Shown here: in pieces, positions 12,378-24,900 of the stretch
Layout: every line of letters starts with the position of its first letter
Numbering within the stretch: the stretch's first letter is position 1
Assembly: GCA_965637545.1 (NCBI GenBank)
Contig: OZ281496.1
Location: forward strand, 18,476,001-18,540,000
Source of the DNA: Phallusia mammillata
Taxonomy: Eukaryota
DNA: 64,000 nucleotides
Direction of reading: 5' to 3'
The notes under the pieces: model-generated
Databases searched by the model: none
What the model was told of the DNA's origin: nothing
What the model saw: the letters and a program-made list of their open reading frames with translations, nothing else
Translations under genes and position numbers: made by a program

Positions 12378-14871
12378 CAAGCGCAAGACCAGTTACAAGC
12401 GCGCAAAGAGAAGTTGCCTATGCGCATCTGTCACATTTGTTGATAGTAGCAATGCGTTTATGCCACAGGATGTAGCTGCCGAGTTCGTCTTGCCCGTTTA
12501 CAAACAGCGGCAACATTTCGGCCATTTTATTGTAATCTCATTAGCAGATTTCAACATTAAAAGTTGCAAATCCATTTTGCTATGGCTTTACCAATTTTGA
12601 GCTCGTTAGGTTTTCTAATTTTGTGTTCGCTATTTCGCCTCGTATTACGTGCTTTTATTCCGTGACTCTTAATCCCCGACGCTCTATCCGTGCATAGTCC
12701 ATGGATAAAATTGGATAGACACTTGTTTATACCCCTGAAATTTGACATCGGCGGTTTGATGGCCCACACGTGCATTATGCACTGCGCAAGTACGATAACA
12801 CTTGGGTGTTCCAAACATAAATATGTTAAAATTAAGATAACCCCTACATGTCCCAAGCCTAAACACGAGAAAATCACATACTTCTTTACCTCGGCGCATC
12901 GCAAAAATGACACAACATATTTATTTCGTACACTTTGTATTAAAAAGAACATTTCGCTTTCAATCGATGCTGCCAGTGATGCCCGTAGTGCACGTCCATA
13001 TTCTATTCTCCAGCTCTTGCTCACCGTGTGATAAAACATCTGTAAAGAGAATGACTGCAAGTTAGTTCAGACTTCTGAAACTTACACATGTGATGAGAAA
13101 AATAAAAGGCTAAACCGATTTGCTGAAAAGTAGACGCCCTAATTCTTATTACACAAATAAAACTATTTGAGTCTATTTTGTTTAAAGGAACTTGAACATA
13201 CAAACCAAGAACTTACCACTTATAACGACGATGTACATCACGCTTTCCCAAACCTATGCTGATACGTTTTTTGATTGAAGATTCTAAATAATTCCATTAA
13301 TATCACAGACCACACTCTTCGCCATTGTTGTATAGCAAACGACGACTCCATTTAAGCTATCTTAAAAGTTGATGACAAGGTTTAAAAACAGTCATAACAG
13401 TGCCACTGCAACACCTCTCTCTCTCTAACTGCCACACTTTGTAACTAATCAACACGAGGCACAAGTCGCAAATACTTAGCCTATCATATTCAAATACATA
13501 CTCACGTGATTTTGTCAACCAATTACACAATAGGACGTTGTTTGACGTCACAAAGGAACGATTTGGACAAGACTGTGGTTGCACACAAAGTTTTTCAAAG
13601 TCTCCAAACAATACCTAGGTGCTGTTTTTTATTTGATAAACTGTACAGTCTATTTAAATTTGTTTCAACGTTACCCGACAGCTTTTAAAAAACATTGCGC
13701 GTTACGTCACACGAAAGTTAGTTGCTGCTGTAGCTTTAACTAAATAATGATATATTTTCACCAAAAAACGACGCCATTTTAACGCACTACATTTTGATTT
13801 ATTCGTCACATGTAGACTATTAGTTGTCTTATGATCGAACTAAAACAAACCCAGGTTGTTTTAATAATCATTACATGCATTTTGCCAAGCGTTTCAAAAC
13901 CAACACCAATTTTAAACGCAGGTTAAATTGAACACTGGTGAAATTTAAGACAAAATAAAAAACGTGCATTTTTCCCCAAATCATTAGATCTGGCCATGCT
14001 TAAAAAATACTTCAGGTGGCCGTGCATAACAAACCAAGCTTAAAACCGCCTAAATTATCTTCGATAGTCGTCAAATTAGGACCACTTGGCCGAGTGTGGT
14101 ATAATCCAGGCATAAACTGGTCAAATTAACAGTTGGCCGGATATACGCCGACTTAAATTTTTGATTGGGAAGGACCGTAGTGAGATAAATCCCGGACGAT
14201 TTTTCTCCGCTTGACATACAAATAACAGTTCTGGGTTAGGTGACAAAAGACGAGTAGTTTTTTTAGGATACTTCGTGCTGGCCTATTGTGGTCCAACACT
14301 GCAAACCATACACCGGTTGATATCAAATGATCAAACAGCATTTCTCTAATAATGAATTGTCTATAAAACATTAGGTGGCCTATATTTCTACAAACAATTA
14401 GGTCTAAAAAATAATTAGGTGAAAACGTCTATAAAAAATTAAGTGGCCATTGGCAACGGCTTTTAAACATTTTTAGTTTTGATTGTTTGATTTTTTACAT
14501 TGCCTAATGATTTGTGATAAATCCTAGTTTCGAAATAAAAACATCAATGAACTTTATCTACACACGGTGAATGGGCAAAAAATCGTTTTAATTTCACCCA
14601 TGTTGCCAACACTCGGTTTAAGGTTTTGACAGACATTCCAGCAGTTTTAAAATGTACAGTCCTATGTAGGGGAGTTAGTGAATGAAACGATAGGATCCAT
14701 GACGTGATTTCCTGACATGGGTGTGCATTGCGACTACCCGCTTTTCGTTTCCTAATTCTCAGTTGCAGGTTTCATGTATGTGCACGGCTACTTCTACATT
14801 TTAAATGCTGTCGGATAGATGTTATCCTACGTCTACTCTTTGTATGTAGATTGAATACAATTGATAACATT

Positions 14872-17279
14872 AACCCTGTTTACATGCGTCGTCTGCAAAC
14901 GGATCGGATTAAGCCTCAAGCCGGCTTGAGATTTGATCCATTGCAGCGTCCTATTTACATGCGCATGGCGCAAGGCTCGATCCGCTTCGCCTTGTACGGT
15001 GAACTTACCCCAAAAATAGTAATTTATTTTGCTTTGTTGGTTAAAAAGTCGTTGTTTAATTGTAAATCGCAGCCATATGGCAATTATGCACCTTTGTTTA
15101 CAATATGACAAGAAATGTTATTTAGATCATTTTGTCAGGAAAAATTCAAGCTGTTAGTGCTAAAAGCTGTCTTTATGTATTGTATTTGTCAACTAAAATG
15201 CCAACAACTGTTTCCTTTCTAAATTGTAGTTGGTTTCAGAAGTTGCTGGGCTTTCCTCTAGCTATAAAGTTTAATTCTGAGTTGTTCACTGTGAATCTAT
15301 TTTCAGCAAGTTTAATGGATATGAAGCATAATGGCATTAAACAAGGTTGGAAAAATAGACATTACATTATGTTTGAGACTGATTACTAACTGAACACTTC
15401 CTGCAGAAGTCATTGTAGGTTTTCAATAAAGTTAGCTTTGTTGGTATTTCTGACTGCTTTTTAAATTACTACAAATATTACTTGATAATTGTATTAAAAC
15501 AAAACATGTATAAACCCAGGTCACAAAAAGGTAAAGCAAAGTTGCAACAACACTGTATAAAATACTATTTATTCAGGTACATTTTTGGTTTCATTCATTC
15601 AGCAAGTAAAACATGTTTTTTTGGTTGCAAATCTTTTCAAGAGGACACTATCAAGAGGATGATGGTAATGCTATGTCATAATGTGCAACAGACCTTAAAG
15701 AAGTGCTTAATTGTTTAAAAATCTCAATATCCTTGCTTCTATGTTTGATGAAGTCTGTCATAAATTTTACTCCATACACATTTGACAAAGACATATATAT
15801 CTGAACCTACACCAATGAGTACTGGTAAAAAAGCGGAAGGACACAACAACATAAATACATTTACAGCACCATGGTGTAATTTAAAATACTAATTAAAATA
15901 CAGGCTTCACATCAGTTATCATTTTATCACTGTTTTGTGTGTTTGGTGTTCTGTTGTGTGAATACTGATATGATATTTTTCATTTAGTTGCTGTATCTTT
16001 CCACAATTGTCTTTTTATGGACTCCACCATTGCCTTTCTGCTTGTGCCTTGTTCATTTTCGTTCCCAAATAAATCCGAAAATGTATTATGTTTTTCTGTT
16101 GATGGTTGTCCTACAAAAAAATAACATGTGATTGGGAATACAGTGCCTTAGTACCATTACAAAATAGCCACATGTTATTATATAGGCGTTAGTCCCACAA
16201 AATAAAACTTAACATGTGATTGTTAATACATTTAACAGTATATAGCATTGGGTGGTGCCTTAGTATCATTACAAAAAAAACACATGTTTTTATGTAGGTG
16301 TTCATCCTACAAAATAAAACATAACATGTGAATGTGGAGTGAAGTTAAAACCAACAGTACATGCTATTGGGTGCTGCCTTACATTACAAAATAGCCACAC
16401 AATTTTATCACACTGTATAGATTTTGTTACAGTTATGACCGAATGGCTTTACATTTATAAATCACATTTACATATGCTTTGTGGTGTTGTGTGATGAAAT
16501 AGTTATGACATGCATCTACTGTTTATACTCACTTGCATTGCAAATCAATCTGAATATAGTTTCTTAATATCATCAAAAAATGTCCACTTATTTGGATGCT
16601 GTTGTTGCATTTCTGCAAAACCGGGTTTAAATAATTTTACACTTAACAGAAACATGTTTTCTGTATAGCAAAACCAGCATTGAGGTAAAACATTTAGTAA
16701 TCCTTGTAACTATTTTTCTTGAAAGATGTATGTTTTGGAACAAGACTTCACTTACATGTCATACTCTACCATTTGTTAGGCATTTTTATGTCATGTATAT
16801 AATACTGACCAGAGAATTTGCAGAGGGGTTTCTACATCTGCTAACATCAATTGTCACTACCATATATTAAGTACATAAACTGAAGCTGAACAGATAGGCA
16901 AATTAACATTTTTTCAAGTTGGTTATAACCTGCCAGCAATAGGCCTGACAACAAGCCGACTATACTTTCCCGTTGCACATTTCGCCTGATAAGCAGTTTA
17001 CACCCTAAGTCTATTTGTACAAAATACTTTCCGATGCAAAGCAAATAAACTGGCAAATAACATATTTTTACCCTCCAACTAACCTGACAACACAGCAAAT
17101 GCGCCTTACCAAGAAGGCGGATTAAGCACGAAACGGATTAAACCACCTAGTCGGGGCGGATTGAGCGTGAAACGGATTCAAGCGTGAAACGGATTCAATC
17201 CGTTTCAGCGGCAAAAACGAGAGAAGCGGATTGACGAAACGGATTCGAATCCGTTTCAAGCGTCCATGTAAACAGGGTT
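14872..17279. mobile_element. 2.4-kb non-autonomous TIR transposon (PIF/Harbinger-like termini)
   Basis: Perfect inverted ends TAACCCTGTTTACATG (14871-14886) / CATGTAAACAGGGTTA (17265-17280); clustered (A/G)CGGATT subterminal repeats at 17116-17260. TSD is ambiguous (TA or ATT), so the superfamily call is tentative. Confidence 0.75.
16108..16400. repeat. Degenerate tandem repeat (~3 units of ~90-120 bp) inside the TIR element
   Basis: Recurring CC(T/C)ACAAAA...TAACATGTGA...TGCCTTA...CATTACAAAA blocks. Confidence 0.7.
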
Positions 17280-18968
17280 ATTAACACCCATGCAAAACAA
17301 CCCATAAATTACAGTTTCATGTTTATTTTTCATATCATAGTATTGACTCAGCCTTGACTTCTGGTAACTAAATACAGTAGTATTTCAAAGTATATTATAG
17401 TAGTATACAGTAGTATTCTAAAGTCGGGTAAATTTAGCAAAACATAATTCAGTCAAACTAATTGATATGTTTTTGTCCGTCAACGATTAATATCGGTTTA
17501 ATGGAGACAAAACGAAACCATTACATTATTGGGTACTAGATTTGAGCTGGTTTGTGGTATACCAATACTAATAGTATACCCTTTTGCATACCCTTTTGCG
17601 CGTATAAGGTTTGTCACATATGAACCTTTGGTTTGTTACAAATAGATATGTACAGTCTGTTTATGTGAAACGGAAAATAAACCTCACAATCACGCGATTT
17701 ACATTAGTAGTTTTACATGACACCATGTTTTGTCGCCTATATGGATGCCGTTAAATTAGATATTAAATGATTCCTTACATAATGCGAGATTTGCTGTAAT
17801 TCACTTTAAGAGTCATTAAACACAATGTTACAAAGTCTATTATCAACAATAATCGCCTTCACGACAAAACACGCCTCTTTACTGCCACAGACGTAGCAAC
17901 GATTTTCACGGATTTAGAAACTGTTACATCACAAAACGCAATAAATTCCAACACATTTTGTAGTTGGGAAAAACGTGGATATATAGAAATCGGCAATTGC
18001 TAGCAAATAAGACGTTGCAAACACGGTGTTAAATTATGTTTTTCTTGCTTATTTTTAAAATGCAAACTTGTGTACCATTTTCGTTGTAAATATATTTCTC
18101 TACTATATCTACAGTTTATTGCAGTTAAATGTTGTTTTTTCTTGTTTTTCGATTTGACAATGTTTACTGGTTTTCAACACTATGAAGACAAACGCGATAA
18201 CAATCATCTATTAAGATGAAAAGGTTCGGCAGATTGATTATTTAATGGTTTAATATTAATCTAAACATACTAAACGTTATTGTTATTGTCCGACAAATGT
18301 TATAAGTATTGATATGATATGGGTAACAATGTTTCTATATTGTTTACCAGCAGGTTGTACACTACAACAGTCAAACGTTTTTCACAAAAAAATCTGTTCT
18401 CTGTAATACTTGGTAAGTAAGTTATGCAAGTTTTCTTTTCCACTACTGACCGTATGATGAGACTCAACGTTGGAAAAAGGAGAAATCTAGTACCAGGCAA
18501 AAAGGTTCATACATTTTAAGACGAGATTGTTTCCGTTTGACCAGTCAGAACAAAGCTGAAAATACAGCATAGGCCTTTTTACTCACATTTTGTTCTGCAC
18601 AAATTGCGTTTCAAACCATACGGTGACCCAACTTTCAAACAACAAGCCTATATTAGCTTCATATAGGGATTTTGATATAATTATCAAAGATAAAGCATTT
18701 GCAAGGGGGATATAGATACACCAGCCATGCAACAATGTATCATAAATTCATAACACAGAGCATCGGTATATCTAAGCACACGTTGATCAGACAATCCAGA
18801 ACAATATGCGTCAGAGGTTTTATGACATCCGTTTCGTTGCGGGATTCTATATCTGCCAACATTGTGTCACAACTAGGCTGTATGGTATAACTCATTTTCA
18901 ACGTACCTTTAGTAACCGTAAAATTGCTGTTAAAAACCTGCAAGTAAACATCATTGGATATTAGCAAC

Positions 18969-21900
18969 ATGCAGCAGAATTTGTGGTTGTTATTTTTGTT
19001 TCTGACTACCTGTACCATGTTGCACGGGGGTAAGTAAAAATGTTTTTGTCATAAAAATAGAAACAAGAAAGTCTGTTTTTGAAAATCATTATTCAAGAAA
19101 ATATTTATGAATAATAAATCAAATCAAAATAACACAATGAAATGAAATGGTTTGTGCAAAATAATAAGTTCTAACTGCTTTCGTGCAGGAAGCGATTTAA
19201 ACTTCTAAGCAGCATAAAACTTTGGATTGGTTCCAGGTTCGTCGGCATGTGTACAGCCTTCTCCTACAATAGGTGACGAATTTTATGAAACGATTATTAG
19301 TGAAGAATGCGACACATGGCAATGGAACTTCATATACACCAAAGTTGGTGTCGGTGGCGTTTTTGGTCTCTTTCGTTATCATGGGTTAGCTGAAAACGAC
19401 TACTGCAAGGTAAATGTTTGTGCATTTGTGTTCGGAAAAAACGTTGTTACAGCATAAAGGCCATATCTTTGTCAGTCTGTTAATAATTGCTGTTTGTTGT
19501 TTAACAGTAATAAATATCCAGAGTGGTTTTAATGTTTACAATTACTAATTTCAACTGGCATAGATCATATTCTTTGTCAGAAAACGCATTCTTAAAAATC
19601 AGAAAACTTTATTTTCAGCCAGTCATATAGATACAACCCCAGTCTTAACCTTAGCCGGTCAAAAACTGTTAAAATTTAGCAAAATAAAATAAAGCTGATC
19701 AACGTGATACAGCTTTTCTGGCAATGGTACTTTTGTACCAACGCCTTGACGTCTGTTTTTCGTTTTTTCACATCAGATTAGAATTAAAATTACCGATTTC
19801 AAACTAGACATAGATTTAAGCCAACCAACTTTAGTTTGTTTCAAATTTCAATTTGAAGATTCGCACGTTTTAGACAAAATAATTCGGCGTGTTTAATACG
19901 TGTTCAAACGGAGCTGATGTAGCCGTCATGTCAAGCGGTTTTGCAGCATCAATTCGAAAATAGTCCATTATTTGTACCAGAGGTTTTCGTAATGCTCGAT
20001 TTTGTAAGTCGGCGGACAGTTGCAATTGTACTCGCCTTTTGCGATTTACGCAGCTACCTCAGTTTTCGCATAACCATTTTTCATAGAAAATACCGGTTTT
20101 TCATAATCTGATGATGCTAAGTGAGTGAACTTTTTGGCATCCCCTTTTCATCTGACATACAAACTATATTCCATTTTATTGCCAGATTGTATTATGCCGC
20201 AACAGCCAATGAGATAATGCTTGTCGTATTGTTTGTCACAGTGTCAAATTTGACTGAAAAACATGTTTCAGTGAATTAGTTTGGTCATGTTAGTTACGTG
20301 GTTTTGTGCGCTTTGGATACGAAATACATGCTCGTATCACATGCCCAAAACTGCCGTGGGACAAACTAGCGTTTTTGGAAAAACTTTGAATTAGATTAGA
20401 ATTGAAATTAGAGCTTACTCGATAATTATAAATTAGATTAGAACTAGAATTACCGCCATTTTGCTCTAATTTGCCCAATTAGACAACTAGAATCAGCTAG
20501 TTGTCCAAGCCTCCATCATCCTAAAGAGTGTAACCACTTGTGGGTATCTATGAATAGTTTGCCCCCCAACGGACCGTTTGCTCCTTTCCACGACGGTTAG
20601 GTCTCACGCAGGTGTGCGCACGTTTATCTACTTCTAAGATAGTTGTTTATTTGGTTGTAGGCTACAACGTATCCAGAAAGTTTTAAAAGATTTAGTTTAT
20701 CACATTTCACAATCATTTACACTTTTAAAGTGCTTTTCCACTCTGGTGCACTCTTTGGTGTATATTCGGATGCAGAGAAACGCTGTACGCTCGTTTTTCC
20801 TGTTGCGGGGTCTTCTATTGTCGCTTATAGTTAAATAAAGCATCGTTTTTGCTTTATCACTTTATACTATGGGGTACCATTTGTAAAAATTCTTTATATT
20901 TCACTTGAAAAAGGGTGTTTTTGGCTCAATAATGCCTCCCGGTGTAAAAATGCGTTTTTAGAAGATGGCAGAACTACTAACTATATGATGCAAAAAGCTA
21001 ATTTATTTACGTACCAACCAAAGAGGAGTAGGGTTAGACCGGAAGTCCCTAAAAGAGTTTTGAAAGTTAGTTTTAATACCCCAACCCAATTAGCCCTAAC
21101 CGTCAGCATTTTTAGGGATATGTCGTTTTAACTGTGTGTTAGTGCTCTTTACGCCACTTATTGGAATTTATCGAAATGTGCGTCTGCCGTGAGGTACATC
21201 GTTGGTTGATTTTTTCTTCAAGATTCTTGGTTCATTTTACCTTTTCGTGTGTATGCTTTAGGAATGGTTCGGACCGTTTAGCAACGATAGAGTGTAGTGA
21301 CAATGAAGCACATTTGGAAAACGTGGTTGTAAACGATTGGAATCGACACACAACGCGCGCATAAAACAAACATTGTACACAATAAAACACAATGTTTTAG
21401 TTCTTAAAATAATGTGGGGTATGATTGCCGAATGTTATTTTTTATTAGTCAGTACATACCGGACATGGCCAATTGATCATCTGGTTTCGGCTGGTTGTCT
21501 ACATTCACACTTACAATCGGCAAATAATAAGGTATATTTCGATGGTTTTGAACAGAAGATCTAAGAGAATTGAAATCAAAAAAGTTCTTTGTTTTAATTA
21601 TAGCCTTTTTATGGACCTGTGGATCGCGTGTTATTTACTGGCAAGTTGGCCATCCCTTGTTTTGCAATATAAGTTTAAAACGGTTTTGCGTCAATGGCAC
21701 GTGCTTGCTAAACGCGAAAAGAGAGCGGAAATGTTCAAAAATCATGCAACCGGTTCTCTATTATGCTCTGTCACTTTGTATATTTATTATCATCTAGGAA
21801 CCAAAATCAAATAGGTTTTGTTGTTCGTTAAGGTTTGTTTCTGCCTCCAACACAGGGCCCTCAAGAGATAATAAATATGCTAGTGCAAGTTAATTTCTGG

Positions 21901-24900
21901 GCCCTCTTTTGAACACTCAAGACATATTTATAATAGTTTATTCAGTTGCAAAATAGTTTATGCTCCGGAAATTGAATTAACAAGCATTTAATACGTTTAT
22001 TTGTCCATCAGAACAAACAAAAGCAGTATGGCTATTTGAAATAGGTGCGTACAGATTCTTTGAAAAATGCTTTTAATTTGACATATACACAGGCGGAACA
22101 GCAAAGTTTTCGAAAGTAAACGTCTTCATACAAACGCCGCCGTCGATTTGTGAACTGTAAAAGGACTTGAAAACGCACGACAAAAAGCTCGCGATACAAC
22201 TAATAAAGAAACAAATAGACTAACGAGTCACGTGGTCGAAACCCACTGGTGTTTGAACAAACTCACACAGAGAACACTTTTTGATCAACAAACTTTTAAA
22301 TTAAATACAATACAAGACACAGGTGACAAATGTGGATGCAAAAATTACAGCAACGCCATATCAGAATGGGAAACCCTTCTCGATGTTTATACTGCTTACC
22401 TCTATAATATTCATTTGAAACACTTTGCTTGAAATAATATTCATTTGAAACACTTTGCTTGAACGTTATTGTTGGTTTAGCAACGTTTCGTCAAGTTGTT
22501 GCTCTCGTATCACCAAAATAACTATTTATTACAGTACAATCGCATTGTACACAATAATGGCCATTAATACATTGCCAACAATTGTGTGTTTAACGTCACA
22601 AACAAAACACTAACCAAAACAGGTTGCAGTTTCGGCACGTTTTGTTGCTTATGCTTGTTTAATAGCAAAATTTTTCCCAGATTTTATAATGTTTCGTACG
22701 ATACCGCTACAAACAAATCAAAATATCCACGGTGGCCACCACACTGTTTTACAAACCCAAGGTGGCGTCGCCACCCAGCCGCAGCCCACTCGGCGCTTAT
22801 GCTGCTTACATTCCATACGGTGTTTTGTGACACTTGCTCCTTATTCTTGCTTTGATTGTACTGCTGTATGTTGATTTCCCCGAGCGGCACGCTTGCGAAA
22901 ATTTCCGCGTGCATATAATAGTGCTTCACATCTGTGGGGTTGCCTTGTTTAAATTTACAACGTTTCGTTTTTAGTTGGAATAAATTACCCAGCAGTGGTA
23001 CTGTATTACCATTTCTACGTTGTTTCATGCAACTTGTCGCATTCCAATCAAGTTTTATACACAAAATTTGCCATTCATAAATAAACAGAGTCAGCTGCAA
23101 AAAAATTTGTAGCTGATCTTTTTTTGTAACTTGTTTAACGCTGTTTGACTCATACATTTATTGTGAGTGAAAAAATAACACAATTAAATGAATTTTGGGC
23201 AACTAATTGCTAATAGCAAACATAGTCAGATTTTTAAACAGTTTAAACCAGGGGTTCTTAACCAGGGGTACGTGTACCCCTTGGGGGTACGAAGCACCAA
23301 AGCAGGGGGTACGACATGCAGGCTAAAATTATACGCTATTTAGGCATATTTGTGAAGAATGCGTAACAAGTGACTTTGTTATATATCTAGAACGAGTTGG
23401 TTTTGTACTACTTACAATACTGTTTTAATGCATTCAACACGCAAGTTATAAATACACTGAGTTTAATTTCTATTATTACAATTTTATTTACTTTCGTCGG
23501 CCATTGTAGATAGGGGGTACGAGAAAATTTCATGAGAGCTCAAAGGGTACGGGCGCTAAAAAGGTTAAGAAACACTGGTTTAAACTGTTCAATGAAAGAC
23601 AAGAGTGGAAAGTTAACGTATTTGACATTAACCCAGCATAAGTGCATTTTAATGAAACGTCTTTACATTTTTTGTGTTTTTAGCAATAATGTGGTCAGCA
23701 AATTGTAGTCTGTTCCGTTTCATTTATTTTTTTGCATTTATTACTACCAGGCATATGCAGGAAACGATACAAACGGCCAATATATTGGAGAACTAACTGG
23801 TGACATAACTGGTCCTGTGGTTGCCTACAATTCTAGAAGCATTTTCTTCGACTGTAAGACCAGCGAAACTACGACGAATGTTACTCTCACATTAGACGGA
23901 GGTAAAGTGTAAATATAAAAGCTGTTCGGTTGTGTAACAATCTGTTTTCATGCATGTTTGTTAATGGTTTCAGTGTGTTGCAAAAACAATTTGATTTGAA
24001 AATCATGTTTTTTTTTTATAAGCTTACTGTGATCGATTAGTATTTTTGTGTGGTGAAACATACGAAACTAACATTATGATAGTTTTTCATCATAGGGCTA
24101 GGCTAAGGTTCAAACTTTTCGGTCAGGTGTTAGTTTCAGTGAATTTCCTAGTGCTTCGACTGGTGTTGTCATTACAAGGGTTAATGTCGGTAGCAGGCAT
24201 GTTTCCTCATTTCGTTTAATTCTGCTTTGGCCTAACCAAAACATCATTACTAATTAACTTACCAATCGCTCCGCATCTAACTAACCAAAATTTTGTGCAG
24301 TAAGAACTTTATGATAAAAAAATATACAAACCCGAATAAGTCGCTGCAGATCAAGTCTATTTGTGTTTTAATAAAGACACGAAAATTATCACCACAAACA
24401 GCTTAACATAAAATTCTTAGAACTTACTCTAAGAATGCAACATGGGAAATATTTCGCTTATTTAACTTGCAGTTTTTCTGCTCTACATTTTTACCACATT
24501 TTTGCCGTTTTTGCAAAGTTGTGCACTAACTAAAGCAAAATACGACTTTTGTGAAAAGCAACAAGTTTCAAGTTTATAGAGCTCTTCTGGCAACTGTATT
24601 CTTATTCCGACGTCCTATACAGGTCGCCTTCATTAGAGTAAATAACACTGAATGCGTGTAGTACAGTGCACGCTAAACAAAGAAAAAAAGAATTAACGCA
24701 AGCACGTCACAAAGCAACGAAAACACTGCGAGATAACGAATAATTGGGCCTCTAATCTTTGAGCAGGTGCCTGTAGTATCCTGAAAGCATCACGTCTGTT
24801 TTGATGTTAATTGTTTTTTTGTTTGGATTTAACAAATAGCAAAGACTGTGGAAAATACCCCACTGCACGAAAAGCTTTAGTAAGAGGCGAAAGATTTGCT

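Noticed and set aside
12557-13060. Overlapping ORFs of 167 aa (-) and 113 aa (+) with some splice-like signals
   Set aside because: No domain signature and no consistent exon chain could be built.
22404-22463. Short direct repeats as a possible CRISPR array
   Set aside because: Only two adjacent copies, no spacers, eukaryotic context and no cas genes.
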